Virus record (IMG/VR): IMGVR_UViG_2721755721_000002
Length of the DNA stretch: 41,819 nt
Reading direction: 5' to 3' (one strand)
From: a virus
Taxonomy: Duplodnaviria > Heunggongvirae > Uroviricota > Caudoviricetes
A model generated the notes under the pieces. The model ran no database searches. It was not told the origin of the DNA and saw only the letters and a program-made list of their open reading frames with translations. Numbering within the stretch: position 1 is the stretch's first letter; every line of letters starts with the position of its first letter. Position numbers and translations under genes: made by a program. Below are positions 1-7,808 of the stretch, one piece after another.

Positions 1-174
1 TATCGCGTCCTCAACAATGAATTTTGTGATGCAGTGCCTGGTGCCTCCAGGTGACGTTAACCAGTTAACAATTAACGCCGGATACAGAGAATCCACCCAT
101 AACACTGTTTTTGGTTTTAACTGTTCCGCGTGCGCTCAGCCGCATTCACCGCATCACAAAATTCACTTTAAAAA

Positions 175-227
175 GGGCGGCAGAGCAGTCACGGAGTAAA
201 ACTGATACCGCCAAACGTCACCAGAAA
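175..227 (-). ncRNA. dicF: DicF small regulatory RNA (53 nt), followed on the minus strand by a T-run
   Basis: Reverse complement of 175-227 reads TTTCTGGTGACGTTTGGCGGTATCAGTTTTACTCCGTGACTGCTCTGCCGCCC, which I recognise from memory as E. coli DicF; it lies downstream of ydfA/B/C-like ORFs as in the Qin dicB operon. Not database-verified. Confidence 0.75.
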
Positions 228-568
228 ATTGATAACAGAGGGCGTTGCAGCGGGGTTGTCACTTAAGCGTATGGTCAACCTGACAACCCGGTGTCCTCAA
301 CGGGGGAAGGAATAACCCCGCCATACTTACCGCCGCGCCATTTCGCGGATTGCCACAACCGGAAGCGCACGGTCGACGAAAATTTAACGACAGGCTATCT
401 ATGAACCAGCTACCTCGCCGTGCGCTTTCGCGTTATGGTCTGACTTTTCAGGGAAATATCCTTTCAGTAAACTGTCAATGCCGGATGCTCACCCGTGTCC
501 GGCGCACGCACTCCACCTCACCCGTGGAGAACTCCTTAATTACTAACCTTAGCTTTGTTGATTAGCTA

Positions 569-787
569 CTAACGCGGGTATGTAATCATTCTGGCAATGC
601 TTAATGCCGCTGCTTTTTCCAGATTGGTGATATCCTGCTCCAGAGCGGACAGATTTTCAGCCTGCTTAGCTCTGGCTTCATTGGCCCATTTCAGATCCTG
701 CGCTGCATTAATTTTCTGGTGCATCCACTCATAAAGTTCATCATCGGTATAGTCTGGCGCGATGATGACGGGTTCTCGTTTCTGCAT
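569..787 (-). CDS. ydfC: YdfC-like small protein (72 aa) of the dicB operon
   Basis: 72-aa ORF MQKREPVIIAPDYTDDELYEW...; position between ydfB-like ORF and DicF matches Qin prophage gene order; size matches YdfC. Confidence 0.55.
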   Translation of the reverse strand: MQKREPVIIAPDYTDDELYEWMHQKINAAQDLKWANEARAKQAENLSALEQDITNLEKAAALSIARMITYPR

Positions 788-816
788 ACTGATTCCTCGC
801 GGTGCTGTTTCGCTTA

Positions 817-945
817 TCAGCCGTTAGATTTTGCCGAACTGGAAAGCGCCTGTTTAAATTCGTTGAAGCTGAGAGCTTCTTCGCCTTCGGCAAGACCTTC
901 GAAGTATTCTTCGTAAGCCTTTTCCATGATTGTGTCGAAATCCAT
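817..945 (-). CDS. ydfB: YdfB-like small protein (42 aa)
   Basis: Minus-strand ORF below the track size cutoff: MDFDTIMEKAYEEYFEGLAEGEEALSFNEFKQALSSSAKSNG; start 1 nt after the ydfA-like stop; size and position match YdfB. Confidence 0.5.
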   Translation of the reverse strand: MDFDTIMEKAYEEYFEGLAEGEEALSFNEFKQALSSSAKSNG

Positions 946-946
946 A

Positions 947-1102
947 TCACTCACCTGAGTTTCTTTCCAGCCAGCGACGGGCACCATTTTCGGTTTTAAA
1001 CGTTTTGCTTTTGGTATACGTCATCGCGGTGAACGTACCGTCCTGGTTGGGAAACACGCCGTACACCAGAGATTCGTTGTTGCCAAGATCGATAGTATCC
1101 AT
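947..1102 (-). CDS. ydfA: YdfA-like small protein (DUF1391-like, 51 aa); internal Met of track ORF 947..1183
   Basis: MDTIDLGNNESLVYGVFPNQDGTFTAMTYTKSKTFKTENGARRWLERNSGE; first gene downstream of the repressor on the same strand, as in Qin dicA-ydfA-ydfB-ydfC-dicF. Confidence 0.55.
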   Translation of the reverse strand: MDTIDLGNNESLVYGVFPNQDGTFTAMTYTKSKTFKTENGARRWLERNSGE

Positions 1103-1286
1103 GTTGACCTCATTTCCCCTTAACGCCGGGGTAGCGGAACAAAAACCTGCTGCATAGTTATTAAAGTTGAACCCTGCCGTCATGTTCTTACGCCTCGGGC
1201 TGGCTACTTAACCCCTGACCACTGCCTGGTAACTCGAAGTATTGCCCTGCATTCTGTGGGGTGGGGTGGGTTGGTATGAAAGGAAG

Positions 1287-1327
1287 GATACCCATGGGTA
1301 TCCAAAAAGTAAATACCCATGGGTAAT
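1287..1327. promoter_or_regulatory. Two identical 12-bp perfect palindromes TACCCATGGGTA (1289-1300 and 1314-1325): candidate repressor operators at the dicB-operon promoter
   Basis: Seen directly; perfect dyad symmetry, 25 bp centre to centre, between the repressor stop and the ydfA-like start. Confidence 0.5.
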
Positions 1328-1367
1328 TTTTTGATGTGTCTTAACTGGTGACTGGTTGTTTGGTGAG

Positions 1368-1787
1368 TTATGATGCGTTTTGTGCTTTCTTTTTACGGAT
1401 TTCTTCGTAGATCATATTGTAATACTGTTTTTTCTCTTCAAGAGTTTTTAATAAGTTATCCGCTTCACTTTCTGGCAGTTCGTCTAAGAGATCTAAAAAA
1501 ATACGTTGTCGTGGCGTTAGAACCCTTGTTTCATAATTGGAGGCTGTGTTCGTTGATGATGAAACGATACCATCCATCCATCCCCGGGGTAACCCAAAGG
1601 ACTCTTCTATAATCTCCACCATATCATCAGCGATCCGTTTTTTTCCTTTTTTCCCCTCTGGGTACAACATTCTTGATACATAAGAAGGCTCGCGACCGAT
1701 CTTTCTGGCCACGTTAACCGCTTTACCATCGCATTTCTCATCACGAATTTTGATGAGTTGTTGTCGTCTAAATTCATATTTGTCCAT
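1368..1787 (-). CDS. Prophage repressor, DicA/CI-like HTH protein (139 aa from internal Met)
   Basis: HTH-like segment VNVARKIGREPSYVSRML; C-terminal FLDLLDELPESEADNLL resembles the DicA C-terminus from memory; divergent from a Cro-like gene. Track ORF starts at TTG 1829; ATG at 1787 preferred. Confidence 0.65.
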   Translation of the reverse strand: MDKYEFRRQQLIKIRDEKCDGKAVNVARKIGREPSYVSRMLYPEGKKGKKRIADDMVEIIEESFGLPRGWMDGIVSSSTNTASNYETRVLTPRQRIFLDLLDELPESEADNLLKTLEEKKQYYNMIYEEIRKKKAQNAS

Positions 1788-1807
1788 AGGTAAATAATAG
1801 ATGCGAT

Positions 1808-1860
1808 TACCGCAAGGTAAACAACCCAAGGGTATTGACTTTTGTTTACCTGTGGGTATT
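1808..1860. promoter_or_regulatory. Divergent promoter/operator region with three imperfect dyads related to TACCC-N2-GGGTA
   Basis: TTACCGCAAGGTAA (1808-1821), AACCCAAGGGTAT (1823-1835), TACCTGTGGGTA (1848-1859) in the 100-bp gap between repressor and Cro-like starts. Confidence 0.4.
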
Positions 1861-1887
1861 CTTTGCTGTGTTTACTAAGGAGTAGCT

Positions 1888-2169
1888 ATGGAAGAATTAA
1901 GAATATTTCTCAATTCTCTTTCGTCAGATGAACAGCGTATGTTTGCATGTGAGTGTGGTACTAGCATCGGTTATCTAAGAAAGGCATTGAGTAAAGGTCA
2001 AATGTTAGGGGCATCGTTATGTGTCCTTATTGAGCGAGCCAGTAATGGTGAAGTTACACGTCAGCAACTAAGGCCTTTTGATTGGATGAATATTTGGCCC
2101 GAGCTGGAAGATACCAAAACGTTAACACAACCACTTACTAGGAGCTTGATTCATGAAAATCAAGCATGA
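1888..2169 (+). CDS. Cro/DicC/YdaS-like small HTH regulator (93 aa)
   Basis: Small ORF divergent from the repressor; HTH-like segment GTSIGYLRKALSKG; RBS AAGGAG upstream. Confidence 0.55.
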   Translation: MEELRIFLNSLSSDEQRMFACECGTSIGYLRKALSKGQMLGASLCVLIERASNGEVTRQQLRPFDWMNIWPELEDTKTLTQPLTRSLIHENQA

Positions 2170-2578
2170 ACACATCCGCATGGCGATGAATGCCTGGGCG
2201 CGTCCTGATGGCGAAAAAGTTCCAGCAGCTGGAATAACCCAGGCTTATTTTGAGTTGGGTATGACGTTTCCTGAACTGTATGACGACAGCCATCCGGAAG
2301 CCCTGGCTCGCAATACCCAGAAAATTTTCCGCTGGGTAGAGAAAGACACCCCTGATGCAGTTGAAAAAATTCAGGCGTTGTTACCAGCGATCGAAAAGGC
2401 AATGCCACCTTTGCTGGTGGCCAGAATGCGCAGCCACAGTTCAGCTTATTTTCGGGAGTTGGTGGAGACGCGGGAGCGACTGGTGAGAGACGCTGATGAT
2501 TTTGTCGCAGTGGCAATCGCCGGTTTCAATCAGATGAACCGTGGTGGCCCGGCAGGAAATGCTGTGGCAGTACATTGA
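2153..2578 (+). CDS. YdaT-like protein (141 aa)
   Basis: N-terminus MKIKHEHI... matches my memory of Rac YdaT; start overlaps the preceding gene as in ydaS-ydaT. Confidence 0.55.
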   Translation: MKIKHEHIRMAMNAWARPDGEKVPAAGITQAYFELGMTFPELYDDSHPEALARNTQKIFRWVEKDTPDAVEKIQALLPAIEKAMPPLLVARMRSHSSAYFRELVETRERLVRDADDFVAVAIAGFNQMNRGGPAGNAVAVH

Positions 2579-2643
2579 CTGACAATAGCCATATCGAATC
2601 GCTTCCGGCAATTCGTGAGTAAAAAGATTCGGTATCAGAAGAG

Positions 2644-3078
2644 GTGAGTATGGCTAACGCCTGGCTCAGATTATGGCATGACATGCCAAATGACCCTAAG
2701 TGGCGAACAATTGCCAGGGTGTCAGGGCAGCCAATTGCAACAGTGATGGCAGTGTATATCCACCTCCTGGTGAGCGCGTCACGAAATGTCACGCGAGGTC
2801 ACATTGATGTCACGACAGAAGATTTGGCAAGTGCGCTCGACGTGACAGAAGAGGTAATTGATTCAATTTTGCAGACGATGCAGGGGCGGGTACTTGATGG
2901 TGATTTAATCACTGGATGGGAAAAACGCCAGGTGCTTAAAGAGGACAACGGCAATATTTCGCAAACCGCAAAATCTCCGGCAGAGCGCAAGAGGGCGCAG
3001 CGTGAGAGGGAAAGAAAGCGGGAACAAAATGGCGATTGTCACGGCGCGTCACGAAATGTCACGCACATGTCACGATGA
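2644..3078 (+). CDS. Replication initiator (O-like / replisome organiser), N-terminal part, ending at an in-frame TGA
   Basis: 144-aa ORF; contains an iteron-like GTCACG cluster; same frame as ORF 3133..3720 with only one stop between them. Confidence 0.5.
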   Translation: MSMANAWLRLWHDMPNDPKWRTIARVSGQPIATVMAVYIHLLVSASRNVTRGHIDVTTEDLASALDVTEEVIDSILQTMQGRVLDGDLITGWEKRQVLKEDNGNISQTAKSPAERKRAQRERERKREQNGDCHGASRNVTHMSR

Positions 3079-3132
3079 GTCACGACAGATAAAGATACAG
3101 ATAGAGATACAGATAAAGAAGATCAAAACACT
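3043..3132. repeat. Candidate origin: four (T)GTCACG iterons at about 10-bp spacing followed by a purine-rich GATA(A/G)AGATACA repeat tract; a related iteron cluster lies at 2773-2819
   Basis: CGTCACGAAATGTCACGC is duplicated at 2776 and 3046; GATAAAGATACAGATAGAGATACAGATAAAGAAGATC follows the second cluster; location inside the replication gene resembles lambda ori inside O. Confidence 0.45.
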
Positions 3133-3720
3133 ATGGTCCATGGCGTAAAAAACGCCACGAACCATGTAGGGGATGTTCAGACCGTCACTCCTGGCCAGCC
3201 CGCAGGCACGACACCGGAAGCCGATTCAGCGTATGCGCTGAAAGCCGATTCGGGCGCTGTGCAGCAGGCGATGACCGCTGGGCCGGAGCAATCACACCAA
3301 CTGCAGCAGCCTGAAGCCGATTCCGCCATTCAGCGGGAAGCCGATCGGGTAGTCCCGGAAAACACCGGGCAGCCTGTGGGACGAGTGGATTATCCGGATG
3401 TGTTCGAACAGGTCTGGCGGGAATACCCGTTACGAGCCGGGGCAAACCCGAAGAAATCCGCTTTCAGTGCCTGGAAGGCCAGATTACGCGAGGGGGTGCC
3501 ACCAGAGGCCATGCTGGATGGTGTAAGGCGTTACACAAGATACCTGGCTGCTACCGGGAAAACGGGAACGGAATTTGTTCAGCGAGCGACGACGTTTTTT
3601 GGACCGGACCGGAATTTTGAAAACCCCTGGTTGCTCCCGGTAAGCGGCACGAACAACCAGCGTTGTGTTAATCATATTTCTGAACCGGACACCGAAATTC
3701 CGCCGGGATTCAGAGGGTAA
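3133..3720 (+). CDS. Replication initiator, C-terminal part (195 aa), in frame with 2644..3078
   Basis: Contains FEQVWREYPLRAGANPKKSAFSAWKARL, a motif I associate with phage/plasmid replication proteins; frame continuity with the upstream ORF. Confidence 0.45.
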   Translation: MVHGVKNATNHVGDVQTVTPGQPAGTTPEADSAYALKADSGAVQQAMTAGPEQSHQLQQPEADSAIQREADRVVPENTGQPVGRVDYPDVFEQVWREYPLRAGANPKKSAFSAWKARLREGVPPEAMLDGVRRYTRYLAATGKTGTEFVQRATTFFGPDRNFENPWLLPVSGTNNQRCVNHISEPDTEIPPGFRG

Positions 3721-3757
3721 CAGATTTCAGGTCATGGGGTAATTTTCAGGAGGGCTT

Positions 3758-4033
3758 GTGGCAAAAGTTTTTACTCCCGAACTGCGGGAAGAAGTGAAGG
3801 CGCGCATTGTGGAACTGGTACGCAGAGATGGGCGAAAAACGCGTAAACAACTGGAAAATGAAACCGGGGCGACGAGACACCTGATAGAAGTTCTGGTGAA
3901 AGAGCTGGTAGTTAGTGGCGCAGTATATGGTTCAGGACATGGAATATTTCCTTCGGAGCAGGCTCGTAAGGACTGGGGAAAAGCCCGCAAAAAAAATGTC
4001 GAGAGCGGCAGTGAAAAAGAAGAGCGACCCTGA
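3758..4033 (+). CDS. Hypothetical small basic protein (91 aa, GTG start)
   Basis: ORF with AGGAGG-like RBS; no family recognised; overlaps the next ORF across an A8 tract. Confidence 0.35.
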   Translation: MAKVFTPELREEVKARIVELVRRDGRKTRKQLENETGATRHLIEVLVKELVVSGAVYGSGHGIFPSEQARKDWGKARKKNVESGSEKEERP

Positions 4034-4166
4034 CCTGATTTATTCATTGCTAGATGGCGAAATACGCCGTTACAACAGACGACAGAATATAATTTGTCGC
4101 GAGTGTCGTCAGAGCGAAGTTATGCAGCGCATACTGGAATTTTATCAGGGAAATGTTCGGTATTAA
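3996..4166 (+). CDS. Hypothetical small protein with CxxC (57 aa from ATG 3996; track ORF from 3915)
   Basis: MSRAAVKKKSDPDLIYSLLDGEIRRYNRRQNIICRECRQSEV...; ATG lies at the end of the A8 run 3989-3996. Confidence 0.3.
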   Translation: MSRAAVKKKSDPDLIYSLLDGEIRRYNRRQNIICRECRQSEVMQRILEFYQGNVRY

Positions 4167-4409
4167 TTGAAGTGACGAAATTAAAGAGCATTAGTTCAGA
4201 TATTAATTGACACTTCGATGGCACAGGCCCAGACCTAGTCTGGTTGTCAGCTTTGAGCTAGGTGAACGTTGGTATCGTTAGTTTGTATTAATCAACGGAG
4301 AATAGGCCAAATGACTTTTCTTTGCCTCTTTTAATTATAATTCAAGTTCAATTGATTACATTGAAGTACTAATGTGAGTCCGTCAAACAAATAGCTCAAG
4401 GAATAGGTC

Positions 4410-7208
4410 ATGTGGGGAAGTGAAAACAAACAAAATCTGGACGTACTGGATCCTGTGCAGTTGGTGCGTATCGAAGCGGTACACCGGGGGTTCCTTTACC
4501 AGCATCTTTACGCTGTAGGCTGCTTACTTTTGGCGCAGAGGGCAGCTATGGACTCAGTAACTGTCGAGCTTGATGAGGATATTGAGCTGAAATCCAAACA
4601 GGAACGTCTCTACATTCAGGTTAAAACCCGTTCAAAACCTATTATGCCCAACGATGTGTCGGGGGCTCTGGAGCGATTTGTAAAGCTCAGAAATGAGCAT
4701 ACTTCGGCAAACCGCGAAGGGGTGGCTTCTTTTGTGATTATTGTAAACCAGGCGCCTGGACCGCTGCTTCAGAAGATGATTGACGATAAAAAGCTTCCTT
4801 CTGATGTTCTTATTGTCTGGCCCCAGTCGACAGCTGGACGTCACCCGGCACTTCCGCCCGCATGGAGTACTCTGGCTGATGCGGCCACATGGTGTATCGC
4901 AGAAGCAGAAAAGCTGAAATTTTCACTATTGTCCCCAGAATCCTTGATTTGGAAGTTAGCAGGATTGGTTCAGCTTGCCGCCACCGGAGGCGATACCAAT
5001 GGACAACATACGTTTTTCACGGAAGAACTTACTGAACTATTTGAACAGTTGATCGTTCAGCTACAGGACTTTCCTGCACCACCAGCACTGTACCGCCCAC
5101 AGAACGAAGAACCTTCTCTCACATCTGGTGAGCGGATCCGTATCCTTTGTGGACTCTCAGGTGCAGGCAAGACAGCTTGGGCCGCACAGGCCGCATTACA
5201 CTCCACTGCACTTTGTGCTTATTACGACACCGGTGATCTTCCCGGTCCAGCTCTGGCCAGTACGCTGGTGCGCGAGATGGCTGCTAGATTTACAGCCCGT
5301 GACCAAGACGGTTTGCGCAGGATTTTGCTCCCCGGTGCCAGTGGTTTTGAGGCTCTTAGGAGTTTTGATACCTACCTGAAAGAGCAGGGTACCACCTTGG
5401 TGCTGGTTCTGGATAACGCCCATCGTGTACCTGCGGAAAATCTACTGGATGTTCTGAATGCAACTACACATATTCGTTTTGTGCTGTTGTGCCAGCCTCA
5501 CGAAAACGTTCGCGAACTGGAGGTCATGACGGGGCTACAGCGCGAGGGCCTGCAGGGATGGAATCTCGATACGGTAGCTGTCGTTGTAAACGATATCGGA
5601 GGATTTGCCACCGCTATGGGATACGAGCAGCTACGGGCTTACACTGGTGGTCTTCCCCTGTATGTAGAGAGCGCCGCAAAAATCGCCGTTTCTGATTATG
5701 AGCGTAATGTCGATGCTCTGTGTGCTGAACTCCAGCAACAAACCCATACTGCGGAAACCGCCCAAGAAATTATTCTGTCACGTGTATTTCAGGGATTTGA
5801 ATCACTACTTCAGAGCGCGCTGGCATTGTTCAGTCTCTCTGACGTAGGGCTGAGTCGCGAAGAGATTTCTACGCTCCTAATCAATTCGCTGAACATTTCA
5901 CCAAGCAGTGCTGCTTCTTTAATTAGGAAAATGCGCGCTACTGGCACTATTGAAATTTATGGAAACCAGACCCTGAAGGTACATGATGCTGTCAGGGGGC
6001 TAGGACTGCAACATCTGGAACTGATGGATCAGGGTATATCGAACAAAGCGCTACTAGCGCTGAAAGACCTTTTAGTTGAAAGTCTTCATAATACCCGCAA
6101 TACAAAACGGTTATCGTTGTTGACTCAACTTTATATTAAGCTCAATGATGTCACGACGTTGATCGAACTCTCAGGCCAAGAAATGTTTTATGAGATGGGC
6201 GTGACGGTCGACATTCTTGCAAGCTTGGAGCGTGCTGCAACATCGGACTTATTGGGACCTGTTCATAAATTCTGGGCATTGGATGGCCTTGTTTTCGTTG
6301 AGCTTAAAGACGGAATATCCGACCACATTGCTCAGAGGTTAAACATCATGGGAGCTTTACTTGCGGAGCACAAGTTCGGCTATCAAGAAGAGATGGCCTA
6401 TGCAATGAAACGAATGTTATTTTCGGCAGAAAGCAATGATGCACGAGAAGTTCAAAAGCTGGCACAGGAAGTCCGCCCCCAACTCCCAGATGAAGAACAT
6501 AAACGCATCTTTGACTACAACCATGCCATTGCACTCTGGAGATTAAAAAAACTCAAGGATGCTGAAACATTAAGCTGTAATGTTATACAAGGGTACTATT
6601 CTTTATTTGGTATCACACCTGCTGATGTCATAGGAAAAAACGCCGACGCATTATGGAAAACTATTAATCATTCCGAAAATATGCAGGAACACTTTAAACA
6701 TATGGCTGATGCTCTGGAGTTGCTGGCCAGAATTCGTGATGCGCAGGGAAAACTGTCACCATTACTGCGTATTCATTCGATGAAGTTCTACAATCTGGCC
6801 ATGGCCCCGGAATCCATGGTCAGGGTGGGCCAAGATCTGGCGGATGAGTTTGTTGCCATAAAGGATTACGACGGTGCCAAGGAAGTCATGGAGCAACATG
6901 TCCTGCCGGTTGTCAATGAGGCAGGTCTAGTACATCGACTGATTCAGGTTCGAAGCCAATACGCAGTCATATTAGCACTATCGGGTCAGCATAAAGCAGC
7001 TGATGTCGAAATGCAGCGCCTTGCTCCCTATATCGAAGGCCTCACAGGTGTACAGCGTCAAGAAATCCAAAATCAATCAAATTACATCGTACAGCTTGCC
7101 CATAAAGCAGCAAAGACTAAATTAACTGAAGTTTTTGGTGCGGTCGGCCGGAATGAACAATGCCCCTGTGGCTCGGGAATAAAGTACAAAAAATGTCACG
7201 GTGCCTGA
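4410..7208 (+). CDS. Large STAND-type P-loop NTPase with candidate N-terminal PD-(D/E)xK-like effector, C-terminal helical repeats and SEC-C zinc knuckle; putative single-gene antiphage protein
   Basis: 932-aa ORF; Walker A GLSGAGKT (aa 248-255), Walker B LVLVLDNAH (aa 330-338); N-terminal VELDEDIEL...YIQVKTRS; C-terminal CPCGSGIKYKKCHG; lower GC than flanking phage genes, AT-rich upstream. Confidence 0.75.
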   Translation: MWGSENKQNLDVLDPVQLVRIEAVHRGFLYQHLYAVGCLLLAQRAAMDSVTVELDEDIELKSKQERLYIQVKTRSKPIMPNDVSGALERFVKLRNEHTSANREGVASFVIIVNQAPGPLLQKMIDDKKLPSDVLIVWPQSTAGRHPALPPAWSTLADAATWCIAEAEKLKFSLLSPESLIWKLAGLVQLAATGGDTNGQHTFFTEELTELFEQLIVQLQDFPAPPALYRPQNEEPSLTSGERIRILCGLSGAGKTAWAAQAALHSTALCAYYDTGDLPGPALASTLVREMAARFTARDQDGLRRILLPGASGFEALRSFDTYLKEQGTTLVLVLDNAHRVPAENLLDVLNATTHIRFVLLCQPHENVRELEVMTGLQREGLQGWNLDTVAVVVNDIGGFATAMGYEQLRAYTGGLPLYVESAAKIAVSDYERNVDALCAELQQQTHTAETAQEIILSRVFQGFESLLQSALALFSLSDVGLSREEISTLLINSLNISPSSAASLIRKMRATGTIEIYGNQTLKVHDAVRGLGLQHLELMDQGISNKALLALKDLLVESLHNTRNTKRLSLLTQLYIKLNDVTTLIELSGQEMFYEMGVTVDILASLERAATSDLLGPVHKFWALDGLVFVELKDGISDHIAQRLNIMGALLAEHKFGYQEEMAYAMKRMLFSAESNDAREVQKLAQEVRPQLPDEEHKRIFDYNHAIALWRLKKLKDAETLSCNVIQGYYSLFGITPADVIGKNADALWKTINHSENMQEHFKHMADALELLARIRDAQGKLSPLLRIHSMKFYNLAMAPESMVRVGQDLADEFVAIKDYDGAKEVMEQHVLPVVNEAGLVHRLIQVRSQYAVILALSGQHKAADVEMQRLAPYIEGLTGVQRQEIQNQSNYIVQLAHKAAKTKLTEVFGAVGRNEQCPCGSGIKYKKCHGA

Positions 7209-7485
7209 GTCTTTGTACGACCATGCGGGCCTTATTGTCTTGCTATTGCTCTTATGGTTCGCCTTTCTGATTGATTTCATATTGGCGAGGTGACGGGAGT
7301 TAAGTAGAATGGCTGCGGGTGCTTGAGGCTATCTGTCTCAGGCATGAACACCAAAGGCAGATAGAGAAAAGCCCCAGTTAACATTACGCGTCCTGCAAGA
7401 CGCTTAACATTAATCTGAGGCTCAATCTATGAACGGCAAATCTAGGTTAGCCTCTTACGTGCCGAAAGGCAAGGAGAAGCAGGCT

Positions 7486-7641
7486 ATGAAGCAGCAAAAG
7501 GCGATGTTAATCGTCCTGATCGTCATCTGTTTAACCGTCATAGTGACGGCACTGGTAACGAGGAAAGACCTCTGCGAGGTACGAATCCGAACCGGCCAGA
7601 CGGAGGTCGCTGTCTTCACAGCTTACGAACCTGAGGAGTAA
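7486..7641 (+). CDS. hok: Hok/Gef-family type I toxin (51 aa)
   Basis: MKQQKAMLIVLIVICLTVIVTALVTRKDLCEVRIRTGQTEVAVFTAYEPEE is near-identical to HokD/RelF as I remember it; AAGGAG RBS; the track ORF 7429.. is an in-frame upstream extension. Confidence 0.85.
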   Translation: MKQQKAMLIVLIVICLTVIVTALVTRKDLCEVRIRTGQTEVAVFTAYEPEE

Positions 7642-7710
7642 GAGACCAGGCGGGGGAGAAATCCCTCGCCACCTCTGATGTGTCAGGCATCCTCAATGCA
7701 CCCGCACTTA

Positions 7711-7737
7711 ACCCGCTTCGGCGGGTTTTGTTTTTTC
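7711..7737 (+). terminator. Rho-independent terminator after hok
   Basis: ACCCGC-TTCG-GCGGGT hairpin followed by TTTTGTTTTTT. Confidence 0.55.
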
Positions 7738-7808
7738 CTGGCATTCTGGTTTACAATTCGCACGCCAGCCTGAACAACTGGCACCTGCTGCGCCAGCAGA
7801 GACAACCG

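Noticed and set aside
17-565. Plus-strand ORFs 17..199 and 350..565
   Set aside because: 17..199 runs antisense through DicF; both lie in the dicF-ydfC intergenic/leader region with no RBS or recognisable product.
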